Shown piece after piece: positions 43,481-52,028 of a stretch of 64,000 nt of DNA. Source of the stretch: an uncultured Pseudomonadales bacterium (lineage in GTDB: Bacteria; Pseudomonadota; Gammaproteobacteria; Pseudomonadales; UBA7239); the NCBI GenBank assembly GCA_964403125.1, contig CAYOEO010000005.1, positions 1,280 through 65,279 on the forward strand, given 5' to 3'. Positions within the stretch are counted from its first letter, which is position 1, and the number at the start of each line of letters is the position of its first letter. The notes beneath the pieces were generated by a model. It ran no database searches. It was not told where the DNA came from and saw only the letters and a program-made list of their open reading frames with translations. The translations under genes were made by a program, and so were the position numbers.

Positions 43481-44434
43481 ATGGCAGTGCAGCGTACTCA
43501 GATGGATAAGAGGGCTATGCAGAAAGAACAAAAAACAAAAAATGCGCCAGCCAGTTTTGACATTAGTCAGACGGTTTGTATTGATAACCCCAACGACGTG
43601 TGCGCTGCGGTCAAAGCGGCATTCCTTTCGCATTTTTCAGCGACAGACTTCGTTGTAATTGAAACGGCCTTCACCGACGTTGCCCGCATGTACCGTGGTG
43701 AGTCGGGTGAGTATCACGCCTGCGACACGGATTACCACGACTTGCGCCATATTTTGGATGTCACCCTAGCGGTCACTCGACTGCTCATCGGCTACGAGCG
43801 CGCGCATGCCAATTCGCCCGATGTTTTGGGCGTTGAGCGCGTGCAGATGGGCATTATTGCTGCGCTGTATCACGACATCGGTTATCTGCGTCACGTGAAA
43901 GACATGCGCCACAAACACGGTGCGGAGTACACCAAAACGCACGTCACGCGCGGCACGCAGTTTTTGGCGCGCTATTTGCCCACTGTCGGTAAGGCGAGTT
44001 GGGTGGCGCGGATGCGTCAACTGTTGCATTACACCGGCTATGAAAAAACCGTGCGCATGAAAGATGTACGCGATCACATGCTCGGTTGCTTATTGGGCAC
44101 AGGAGATTTGATTGCGCAAATGTCGGATCGCGCATATTTGGAACGCTGTCGCGACAGCCTGTACAACGAGTTTCGTATTGGCAATGTGCCCGCACCGAAA
44201 AGCGTGGATGGACGACCGTTTGAATCGCCAGCCGATCTGCTCAACCAAACGCCCGATTTTATGCGGGCGACGGTAGACAGCCGTTTGAACAAATTGTTCG
44301 GTGCGGTTTATCGCTATGCCGAACAATTTTTTGGCGGCGAAAACCTGTATATGTTGGGCTTGGAGCGCAACTGTAACTATTTGCAAAAATTGTTAGAAGA
44401 AAAACGTCTGTACCGATTGCAGCGCCGCATTTAG
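43481..44434 (+). CDS. HD-domain protein of unknown function
   Basis: YHDLRHILDV and AALYHDIGY supply the H...HD metal-binding pattern. The exact start is uncertain, with in-frame ATGs at 43481, 43502 and 43517. Confidence 0.55.
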   Translation: MAVQRTQMDKRAMQKEQKTKNAPASFDISQTVCIDNPNDVCAAVKAAFLSHFSATDFVVIETAFTDVARMYRGESGEYHACDTDYHDLRHILDVTLAVTRLLIGYERAHANSPDVLGVERVQMGIIAALYHDIGYLRHVKDMRHKHGAEYTKTHVTRGTQFLARYLPTVGKASWVARMRQLLHYTGYEKTVRMKDVRDHMLGCLLGTGDLIAQMSDRAYLERCRDSLYNEFRIGNVPAPKSVDGRPFESPADLLNQTPDFMRATVDSRLNKLFGAVYRYAEQFFGGENLYMLGLERNCNYLQKLLEEKRLYRLQRRI

Positions 44435-44487
44435 CCGTCCATAATTTTTGCTCCACTCAATCACTCGCAATCTTGCGGGAGGAAAAA

Positions 44488-45300
44488 ATGCTACGCAAAT
44501 TCATTCCTGTTCTTGTGATTCTCAGTCTGGCGGGATGCCAAACCACTGATCCCTATACCGGCGAAAGCAGAACCAGCAATACGGCAAAAGATGCAGGTAT
44601 TGGTGCATTGGCGGGCGCGGTATTGGGTGCGGCGGTGAGCCACAATAATCGTGGTAAAGGTGCCATGATTGGCGCTGCGGTGGGCGGTATGGCCGGCGGC
44701 GGTTATGGTTACTACCAAGACAAGCAAGAAGAAAAATTGCGTCAACAACTGGCTGGTACGGGTGTTGATGTGCAGCGCAACGGTGACAACATCAAATTGA
44801 TCATGCCGGGCAATGTCACTTTCCGCACAGGTAGCGCAGACATCCAACCCGATTTCTATCAAACGCTGAATTCTGTGAGTGGCTCGTTGCGAGAGTTTCC
44901 CGACAGCAATGTGCGCATCAGTGGTTACACTGACTCCACGGGTGACGCGATGCGCAATCAAATGCTGAGCGAGCAGCGTGCGAGCAGCGTGGCACGCTAT
45001 TTGGAGTCGCAAGGTGTTTCAGCATCGCGCTTTCAAGTGAGTGGTTTTGGCGCGCGTTATCCGATTGATAGTAATGCCACTGAATCCGGTCGTCAGGCGA
45101 ACCGTCGCGTCGAATTGGATGTGATTCCTATGAACCGTCAGCAAGGTCAAGGCGAGCCACAAAACTACAACAACGGCGGTGGTTATAACAACAATAGTGG
45201 TTATAACAACGGCGGCTACAACAATAACGGAGGCTATAACAATAACGGAGGCTATAACAATAGTGGTCGTTATAACGATGGCTCGAACCAAGGCTATTGA
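44488..45300 (+). CDS. OmpA-family lipoprotein with glycine-zipper segment (YiaD-like) and N/G/Y-rich C-terminal tail
   Basis: GGAGG lies 5 nt upstream of ATG 44488. The protein has lipobox LSLAGC, a glycine zipper (GIGALAGAVLGAAV ... GAAVGGMAGGG), an OmpA_C domain (FRTGSADI ... GYTDSTGD ... NQMLSEQRA ... NRRVEL) and a tail (GGYNNNSGYNNGGYNNNGGYNNNGGYNNSGRYN). Confidence 0.8.
   Translation: MLRKFIPVLVILSLAGCQTTDPYTGESRTSNTAKDAGIGALAGAVLGAAVSHNNRGKGAMIGAAVGGMAGGGYGYYQDKQEEKLRQQLAGTGVDVQRNGDNIKLIMPGNVTFRTGSADIQPDFYQTLNSVSGSLREFPDSNVRISGYTDSTGDAMRNQMLSEQRASSVARYLESQGVSASRFQVSGFGARYPIDSNATESGRQANRRVELDVIPMNRQQGQGEPQNYNNGGGYNNNSGYNNGGYNNNGGYNNNGGYNNSGRYNDGSNQGY
45223..45258 (+). repeat. Perfect 2 x 18-nt tandem repeat (aataacggaggctataac) within a longer degenerate repeat encoding the N/G/Y tail
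   Basis: Read directly from the DNA. Related degenerate units extend from about 45175 to 45280. Confidence 0.9.
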
Positions 45301-45316
45301 TGGGATGCGGTGCGTG

Positions 45317-45339
45317 CAGGCGAGTGTTTAGCTCGCCTG
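45317..45339. terminator. 8-bp hairpin between convergent genes (possible bidirectional terminator)
   Basis: CAGGCGAG (45317-45324) pairs with CTCGCCTG (45332-45339) across a 7-nt loop that contains the stop codon of the minus-strand CheA gene. The U-tract is weak. Confidence 0.35.
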
Positions 45340-48255
45340 TGTTTCCAAACTATGCATCCACGACAGCGCATTATTTTGCGCGTACTGCTGCAAAAAATGG
45401 CTGTTCAAAATAAAAGCGAGTTCACCATTGCTGCGTACGGTTGCGCCGCTAATCGAAGGTGATTGACGCAAGTCTTTATGTAACTCGCGCACAAAAATCT
45501 TTTCTTTTCCAATGATGGCATCCACACAAATACCAATTTTATTTTTCTTTTGTCCGATGATAAGAATGGATGCTGCATGATTGGTTTCAACATGGCGAAA
45601 CTTGATCAGCGACGATGTGTTACCGAGTGCGGCGCCGCGTCTTAGCACTAAATCTTCTAAATGGAACACAGGAATCAGTGTGTCGCGCAACAGTAGTGCA
45701 GATTGCCCCATGATGTTTTGTATAAAAATATCAGCAGCAGAAAATATTTCATGCACGCGCGCTTGCGCCAGTGCGTAGACATTGCTTTCAGTCTGCATCA
45801 TCACTACATCTTGCAGTGCCGCAGATAGTGGCAGCGTCATGATGAAACGCGTGCCAAAGCCTGGCACGGTATGAACATCAATATTGCCGCCAATGTGTTG
45901 AATGCGCGTGATAACCACATCCATACCGACACCGCGTCCAGACGTTTCTGTGATGGCTTCTGCGGTAGAAAATCCAGGGAGAAAAATCAGTTGGCAAGTT
46001 TCTTGATCGGTCAAAATGTCGTGTTCTTGGATAAAACCTTTGCGAATCGCGCTCTCACGAATTTTGGGTAAATTGATGCCGCGACCATCGTCGGCAATTT
46101 CCAAAAGCAGTGTGCTGCCTTCTTGCGAAGCGGAAAGCACTAGTGAAGCCGCTTCATTTTTGCCGGTGGCGCTGCGATCATCAGGGTGCTCAATGCCGTG
46201 GTCGATACAGTTTCTGACGAGGTGAATCAGTGGCTCCATCAGCACGTCCACCATGCCTTTATCGATACAAACGCTGCCACCTTCAATCGCGAGGTTAATT
46301 TTTTTGCCTTGTGCCTCCGCCATTTTTTGCACAAGTTGCGGTATGCGATTGAAAACAGCGGAGACGGGGACGACGCGCAAGTCGAGTATGCGATTTTGCA
46401 TGACATCGAGCGATAAGCGCAGTTTTTCGTGGCTGGTTGCAATTTTCTTTTGCGCTTCGTGCAGTGTGTTGAGTGTGGTCCGCATCACTTCTGCAACCTG
46501 CGAGGTCAAGGGCTGATGACGATGGTCTTCTAGCCATTTTTTGCCTTGCATCAGCGCGTTTTCTACGACTGTGCTTTTCATTTCGTGTGAGAGTGCGTTG
46601 TACGCCATCAATAGTTCACCGGATTGCGCCATTAAATTTTCTAGCGTGATACTTTCTATCCGTAAGGTGGCGCTCGATGCGCCAGTTTGTTTTTGCTCGG
46701 GTTCTGTGCTGGATTTTTTGCCAATGTTGTTAGATAGCGCTTCTTTTTTGAGGATGATATTTTTAACAGTAATCGCATTTTTTACGACGCTGTTTTGATC
46801 GGCCTCTTTGGTGAAACTCTCTATGTCTTGTTGGAGAATAACGATAAAAACAAATAGAGATTTGCTAGTGTCTTTGTTGGTATCGCTAGGAAAAACAGAA
46901 TAGCTGTGCACCAATTGTCCTGATTTTTCCATTAGGGTAATAGCTAGCTCAAGCGTGTTGTTATCGCAATTTTCATCTATACCCACTTCAATAATCGTTT
47001 TGCCGTCTCCCGCTGCTGTATTGAGTTGAGTGATGGCATTGTTGGAGAGATGACGAAAGATGTGTGAAGGAATTGAGATGTTCTTGGCGAGTTGTTGGCG
47101 TGATGCTTCGCTGATTTCACCTAGCATGGCTTGCGCGATGCTGTCATCCAACTCGGCGATCCGATTTTTTAATGCTTGTGCGCTCGCTTCTGTTTCCCCG
47201 GCCTGTGTTTGTGCTGCAAAAGATATATCCGCAGCGCGACGCATGGCGTAGAACGCCGCTTGTCGATCGGGGATTTCATTGCGCTTGATGTAACGAAGAA
47301 TTTGTAACAAATAGCGAAATAATGCGGCTAATTGAGAATAGCCAAATAAATCAGCATTGGTGGTGAGTAACTTGAGTAATGTTTCGCAGTCGTTGATAGG
47401 TTCCAGCGAATTAGGATTTTCTTCGATAAGATCAAATAAATAATCCAGCCTTCCTGATAGCTGGGTAAAGTTGACAAACATGGCATCAAAGTAAGCGGTA
47501 TGCAGAATACTGGTACCGCAATCCACATGAAAATATTTTTCAAATAGTGTGATTCTGTGCAAAATTTCTGAAGCCAAACTGGCAGCGAGGCCTTGATCGG
47601 GTGGATTGCTGGCTTTGATGTATTGGCGTAGTAGGGTAGAAATCGCGGTAAAACCGAGCAGATTACAAATGCTGACTAATTTATTGAGTGAGCGTTTGAT
47701 TTTGGTCGGTTCTTGCTCAGGCATTAAACCCGCTACTAATTCTTCTTTGCATGCGCTGGCAAATTCATGCAGCTCGTCATCACTGAGCTGCATAGTAGAA
47801 AATAAACTGGTGTGTGTTGCTGTGCTGTTGTCGGAAGATTCTGTTTCATCCGGTGTGGCAGCGAGAGAAAACCCTTCTGATAATTGATAGAGCTGCGCGA
47901 CCAGTGCGGTATTTTCTGGCGGTGGATTGCCGCTGTTGCGCATCTGTTGCAGTTGCAACTTCAACCAATCAATACCAGCGAGCAGGGTGTTGATCGTTGT
48001 GGATTCAAGAGCCGTTTTGCCTTTGCGCACAAGGTCTAAATAATCTTCACTGGCGTGCGCCACTTGTTCCATGCTGTGAAAATCCATCATGGCGCAACTG
48101 CTTTTGATGGTATGAAAATCGCGAAACAGTTGATGGATGTCGGCGCTAGTTTCTGCGTCATTGGCAGCCAAGATAAACTCAAGGTTATCCAATTGCTCAG
48201 AAACTTCTGTAAAAAAAGCTTGCCAGAGATCGCTATTTTTCATAGCTGTGCACAC
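45328..48255 (-). CDS. cheA: CheA-type histidine kinase, long form (Hpt + two His-less Hpt-like modules + P2-like region + P3-P4-P5)
   Basis: Hpt FRDFHTIKSSCAMMDF, P3 ATLRIESITLENLMAQSGEL, N-box HLVRNCIDHGIE, G1 DDGRGI, F/G2 LPGFST ... SGRGVGMDVV and a C-terminal CheW-like domain are present. The start is either GTG 48255 or ATG 48243. Confidence 0.85.
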   Translation of the reverse strand: MCTAMKNSDLWQAFFTEVSEQLDNLEFILAANDAETSADIHQLFRDFHTIKSSCAMMDFHSMEQVAHASEDYLDLVRKGKTALESTTINTLLAGIDWLKLQLQQMRNSGNPPPENTALVAQLYQLSEGFSLAATPDETESSDNSTATHTSLFSTMQLSDDELHEFASACKEELVAGLMPEQEPTKIKRSLNKLVSICNLLGFTAISTLLRQYIKASNPPDQGLAASLASEILHRITLFEKYFHVDCGTSILHTAYFDAMFVNFTQLSGRLDYLFDLIEENPNSLEPINDCETLLKLLTTNADLFGYSQLAALFRYLLQILRYIKRNEIPDRQAAFYAMRRAADISFAAQTQAGETEASAQALKNRIAELDDSIAQAMLGEISEASRQQLAKNISIPSHIFRHLSNNAITQLNTAAGDGKTIIEVGIDENCDNNTLELAITLMEKSGQLVHSYSVFPSDTNKDTSKSLFVFIVILQQDIESFTKEADQNSVVKNAITVKNIILKKEALSNNIGKKSSTEPEQKQTGASSATLRIESITLENLMAQSGELLMAYNALSHEMKSTVVENALMQGKKWLEDHRHQPLTSQVAEVMRTTLNTLHEAQKKIATSHEKLRLSLDVMQNRILDLRVVPVSAVFNRIPQLVQKMAEAQGKKINLAIEGGSVCIDKGMVDVLMEPLIHLVRNCIDHGIEHPDDRSATGKNEAASLVLSASQEGSTLLLEIADDGRGINLPKIRESAIRKGFIQEHDILTDQETCQLIFLPGFSTAEAITETSGRGVGMDVVITRIQHIGGNIDVHTVPGFGTRFIMTLPLSAALQDVVMMQTESNVYALAQARVHEIFSAADIFIQNIMGQSALLLRDTLIPVFHLEDLVLRRGAALGNTSSLIKFRHVETNHAASILIIGQKKNKIGICVDAIIGKEKIFVRELHKDLRQSPSISGATVRSNGELAFILNSHFLQQYAQNNALSWMHSLETQAS

Positions 48256-48279
48256 ATAAAGGTTGAAGGCATCATGCGC

Positions 48280-49335
48280 TTAATCTCGGTTATTGAGCAA
48301 ACATTGTTGAATCAAATGCGGCATGTTTGTGTAAGGTGCCTGCCATTCAACGGCGCCGATTTCCATGGCCACGCGTGGCATACCATAAACCGCGCAAGTG
48401 GCTTGGTCTTGCCCGATAGTAACAGCACCCGCGCGGCGCATTTCTAGCAGTCCTGCTGCGCCATCTTCACCCATGCCGGTCAAAATAATACCGATAGCAC
48501 GTGCACCTAATTGCGCGGCAACAGAGCGAAACAACACATCGACAGAAGGGCGATGGCGATTCACTGGCGGGTCTTCTGTAACGCGTACGTGCAGCGTATT
48601 GTTGTGCTTTACCAGTGCCATATGCATGCCGCCAGGCGCAATCAACGCGCAGCCTTTACGCACCGCATCACCATCCACTGCTTCGCGCACTTCTATTGCG
48701 CAAATACTGTTCAATCGCTTGGCAAACAATTCGGTGAAATGTTTGGGCATATGCTGAGCAATCAGTACGCTGGGTGTTTCAGCGTCCATTTGTCGCAATA
48801 AATATTCCACTACGGTGGTGCCACCGGTAGAGCTGCCGATAGCGATGACAGACGCTGCGCGCCGCGTTTGCGGTGCAATAAAACTACTTGTAGGTGGTGC
48901 AACTTTTTTGGACGCATCCACAACTGCAGTGCGTGCAGTGGCGCAGGCCGCCGCTTTGATCGATTGCGTGATGGTGGTGGTGATGTCCTCCAAAAAAGAT
49001 TCAACACCGATATTGGGTTTGGCAATGATATCGACAGCACCTAGTGTGAGCGCATCCACCGAGGCTTTGGCGCCAGGGCCGACATGCGATGAACAAACTA
49101 CAAACGGCGTAGGGTGGTGTTCTCGAATGTATTTCAAGAAATCCAAACCGTGCATGCCTGGCATTTCTAAATCAGAAACAATGACATCTGGCCACTGTTT
49201 TTCCATTTTTTTTAACGCAATATCCGCCGTTGCTGCTACACCAATCACGTGAATGTCTGGATCTTTTTCCAAAATCATTTTTAGCACAGCGCGTACAGTG
49301 GCGGAATCATCCACTAAGAAAACTTTAATAGGCAT
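48280..49335 (-). CDS. cheB: Protein-glutamate methylesterase/glutaminase CheB (REC + methylesterase)
   Basis: Receiver VFLVDDS ... VSDLEMPGMHG ... IAKP is followed by catalytic motifs GSSTGGT (Ser), QHMPKHFT (His) and TGMGEDGA (Asp). Confidence 0.9.
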   Translation of the reverse strand: MPIKVFLVDDSATVRAVLKMILEKDPDIHVIGVAATADIALKKMEKQWPDVIVSDLEMPGMHGLDFLKYIREHHPTPFVVCSSHVGPGAKASVDALTLGAVDIIAKPNIGVESFLEDITTTITQSIKAAACATARTAVVDASKKVAPPTSSFIAPQTRRAASVIAIGSSTGGTTVVEYLLRQMDAETPSVLIAQHMPKHFTELFAKRLNSICAIEVREAVDGDAVRKGCALIAPGGMHMALVKHNNTLHVRVTEDPPVNRHRPSVDVLFRSVAAQLGARAIGIILTGMGEDGAAGLLEMRRAGAVTIGQDQATCAVYGMPRVAMEIGAVEWQAPYTNMPHLIQQCLLNNRD

Positions 49336-49789
49336 GATAATTTTCCTGCAAAACTGCTGTATTCAGTGTGCAATCTAGCCATTGTTTAGGATCGCTGAGA
49401 GATAGCGTCAGGGCATTATTTTTTTTATTGACATAAAGGCGATCGAAAAAAAGATCGAGATGTTTGTTAATGCCGTGTGCGTGATGCCATTCATGAGCCT
49501 GCGGCGTGATAAATCCTTCAATATTGTCGATAGCAATCACTGCTAGTGCTTGCAGCATTTTTTCGTCGCGCAGTGTTATGAGGTGTCCAGGCGGGCGGAG
49601 TATTTCTGCGGGTATGCCCAGTGCAATGCGCAAATCAATACAAGGAAGGGCATGCTCCTGCTGTGCGCAGGCTGATGCACTGTAAAAATCAATTTTAGTA
49701 ATACGGCGCAGCGGCAACATCAGTGCAAATGCACCACAATAAAAATGCAAATATTCTTCTTCAGTGTGCAGCATGACGGCTTTCTGCAT
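49325..49789 (-). CDS. Small divergent CheW-like protein (hypothetical)
   Basis: The 154-aa ORF overlaps both neighbours (29 nt with the upstream cheA stop, 11 nt with the cheB start). It has only a weak CheW-like pattern (FYCGAFALMLPLRRITKI ... LPCIDLRIALGIP). Confidence 0.45.
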   Translation of the reverse strand: MQKAVMLHTEEEYLHFYCGAFALMLPLRRITKIDFYSASACAQQEHALPCIDLRIALGIPAEILRPPGHLITLRDEKMLQALAVIAIDNIEGFITPQAHEWHHAHGINKHLDLFFDRLYVNKKNNALTLSLSDPKQWLDCTLNTAVLQENYHAY

Positions 49790-51560
49790 AGTGGCTGGTT
49801 AGGCGGAATAACCCTTCGCAGTCCAAAATAATAATGGCGCGCCCGTTGCCAAGTAGCGATACACCGCTAATACCGGGAATGTTGCGCAAATCCTGATGTG
49901 TGTGCCGCAAAAATAAATCCTGCCTTCCCAATGCGTCATCAACATGCAGTGCGATGCAATCCTCCTCATGTTGAAGAATAACCAGCAAATATTTCTGTGT
50001 GTGCTGTGTGTGGGATGCTGGGAGCTTGAGTAAGTGATTGAGCGAATAAACAGGTAGCGATTGCCCGCGCAAGTTGAGCATATTGACGCCATGGTTTTCT
50101 TGCAGCTCGTTGGGTGCAATGTCAAGAATTTCCATCACGTGTCGCGACGGAATGGCAAAGTATTGCTTGCTCGCTTGCACAAGTAAGGTATTTTGGATTG
50201 CCACTGTTTTAGGGATGCGCACAATAAATTGAGTGCCTACTTGTGGTGTGCTTGTTATTTGTATGGAACCTCCGATGCGCAGCAAGTGGTCGCGCACCAC
50301 ATCTAAACCAGTGGTGCGGTTAGGAATGTCGCTATTAAAACCATGAGAAAACAAAAAATTGAGCCAGAAAGCAGCATTTTCTCGATTCTTGCTGTCTAGC
50401 GCCGCCACATCGCAGAGGCTTTTGCTCAGCACTTTTTCACGGATAACGGTGTAGTCAATGCCGTGACCATCATCTTGGATATCGAGTTGTATCAGTTCAC
50501 CTATTTTGCTGGCGGTGATGCTAATTTTTCCCATTTCCGGTTTGTTGTTTTCTTTACGTTCCTCTGGCGATTCGATGCCATGATTGATGGCGTTGTGCAG
50601 TAAATGTATGAGAGGTTCTGAAATAACGTCGAGCATACTTTTGTCGATGCTAACTTCGCCGCCATCGGTTACCAGTTGCACTTGTTTGCCAAGAGACGAG
50701 GCCTTTTGTCGCACCACGCGTGGCAGGCGCGTAAAAATGGTTGAAAGAGGAATCGTGCGCAGCGCCAGCATGCCACTTTGGATATTGTCGTTAATGGCGC
50801 GAATTTGTGTATCTATATTCAGGAGTGCTTGCTTGTTATCAGAAAATGTTTGAAGAATAGTTTCAAATTCTTGATAGAGACTGTTGTAGTTATCTATGCA
50901 GTCTTTTTGCAGATTTTTCTGTAGTGCGTTGATATTTTGCGCGATGTCTTTTGATGCAGAAAGTGAATCGATCTGATGTTCAATTAAGATGAGTTGTGTA
51001 ATTTGTGTAACCAGTTCGTCTAGGCTGTTGCTGCTTATGCGCAGCGTATCAATTTCTAAAGCCTCTTTTTCTACGGTGAGGTCATGTGTTTTTTGTTCCC
51101 CAATTTCTTGTGGTGGGATTTCTGTCGGCTCTGGAGGCGGCGCTTCATCTTGCTGACGAAAGGGTGCTAGTTTTTTATGCAGTGCGTCATTAGTGGCGCG
51201 AGGGTATTGCCCTGGCGCTGCATCTGCTACTTGTTGCTTAATCCAATCAACAGATTCCAATAGTGCTTGCAATATTTCACGATGGGGAACGGTTTTAGAT
51301 TTTCTCAAGCCGTGCAAAATATCTTCGCAGGCGTTAGCAATTTCCATTGGCTCTTTGAAATCGACCATGGATAAATTGCTTTTGATGGTATGAAACTCGC
51401 GAAATAGTGCATCAACATCCGTTGCGCTTTCTTGGCTTGCGTTTTGTGCGGCGGCTTCAGTCACCAAGGCTTCCGCGGCATCCAACTTCTCACCCACTTC
51501 AGCGAGAAAAATAGGCCACAGTTGCTCCAGCATGCTGCTCACGGTGTGTGCTCTGCGCAA
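49761..51560 (-). CDS. cheA: CheA-type histidine kinase, short form (Hpt-P3-P4-P5, no P2) with degenerate G2 box
   Basis: Hpt FREFHTIKSNLSMVDF, P3 IDTLRISSNSLDELVTQITQL, N-box HLLHNAINHGIE and G1 DDGHGI are present, but F/G2 reads SHGFNS ... NRTTGLDVV in place of PGFST ... SGRGVGMDVV. A C-terminal CheW-like domain is present. The start is TTG 51560 or ATG 51533. Confidence 0.8.
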   Translation of the reverse strand: MRRAHTVSSMLEQLWPIFLAEVGEKLDAAEALVTEAAAQNASQESATDVDALFREFHTIKSNLSMVDFKEPMEIANACEDILHGLRKSKTVPHREILQALLESVDWIKQQVADAAPGQYPRATNDALHKKLAPFRQQDEAPPPEPTEIPPQEIGEQKTHDLTVEKEALEIDTLRISSNSLDELVTQITQLILIEHQIDSLSASKDIAQNINALQKNLQKDCIDNYNSLYQEFETILQTFSDNKQALLNIDTQIRAINDNIQSGMLALRTIPLSTIFTRLPRVVRQKASSLGKQVQLVTDGGEVSIDKSMLDVISEPLIHLLHNAINHGIESPEERKENNKPEMGKISITASKIGELIQLDIQDDGHGIDYTVIREKVLSKSLCDVAALDSKNRENAAFWLNFLFSHGFNSDIPNRTTGLDVVRDHLLRIGGSIQITSTPQVGTQFIVRIPKTVAIQNTLLVQASKQYFAIPSRHVMEILDIAPNELQENHGVNMLNLRGQSLPVYSLNHLLKLPASHTQHTQKYLLVILQHEEDCIALHVDDALGRQDLFLRHTHQDLRNIPGISGVSLLGNGRAIIILDCEGLFRLTSHYAESRHAAH

Positions 51561-51564
51561 CTAA

Positions 51565-51990
51565 TTAGAGGCGCTGATGAATAGCGTCGAGCAATTCGCG
51601 GCTTTTCTTTTCTTCGAAATCTAAGCTGAGTACACCGGAAGGTTTGGGAATAATGTCGGCGGCGCCCAGTTCCAGTGCTTCGTGTGCTTCACGGGAATCC
51701 AAGCGCGCCACGGATGAAATAATGATGACTTTGGCGCTGGTGATTAAGCGCGAACGGCGCAAAAACTCTATGCCATCCATGTTGGGCATTTCGATGTCTA
51801 ACAAAATGACATCCGGTGATAATTCAGTAACTTTTTCTAAAGCGATAACACCATCTTCTGCTTCGCCCACCACGGTGAGCGTTGGATCATTTTCTAAGAT
51901 GTTGCGAATGATGCGGCGCATGAGAAAAGAGTCATCAACAATCAGCACCTTCAAACTTGCGACGGGCATTTCTTGGCTTGCATTGTTCAT
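51565..51990 (-). CDS. Stand-alone receiver domain protein resembling the CheB N-terminal domain
   Basis: The 141-aa protein reads VLIVDDSFLMRRIIRNILENDPTLTVVGEAEDGVIALEKVTELSPDVILLDIEMPNMDGIEFL ... IISSV ... IPKP. This is collinear with CheB receiver domains, but no methylesterase domain follows. Confidence 0.8.
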   Translation of the reverse strand: MNNASQEMPVASLKVLIVDDSFLMRRIIRNILENDPTLTVVGEAEDGVIALEKVTELSPDVILLDIEMPNMDGIEFLRRSRLITSAKVIIISSVARLDSREAHEALELGAADIIPKPSGVLSLDFEEKKSRELLDAIHQRL

Positions 51991-52028
51991 GGTGTGTTCT
52001 CCAGAAAGATGTGCAAATTTTTAGCTCA

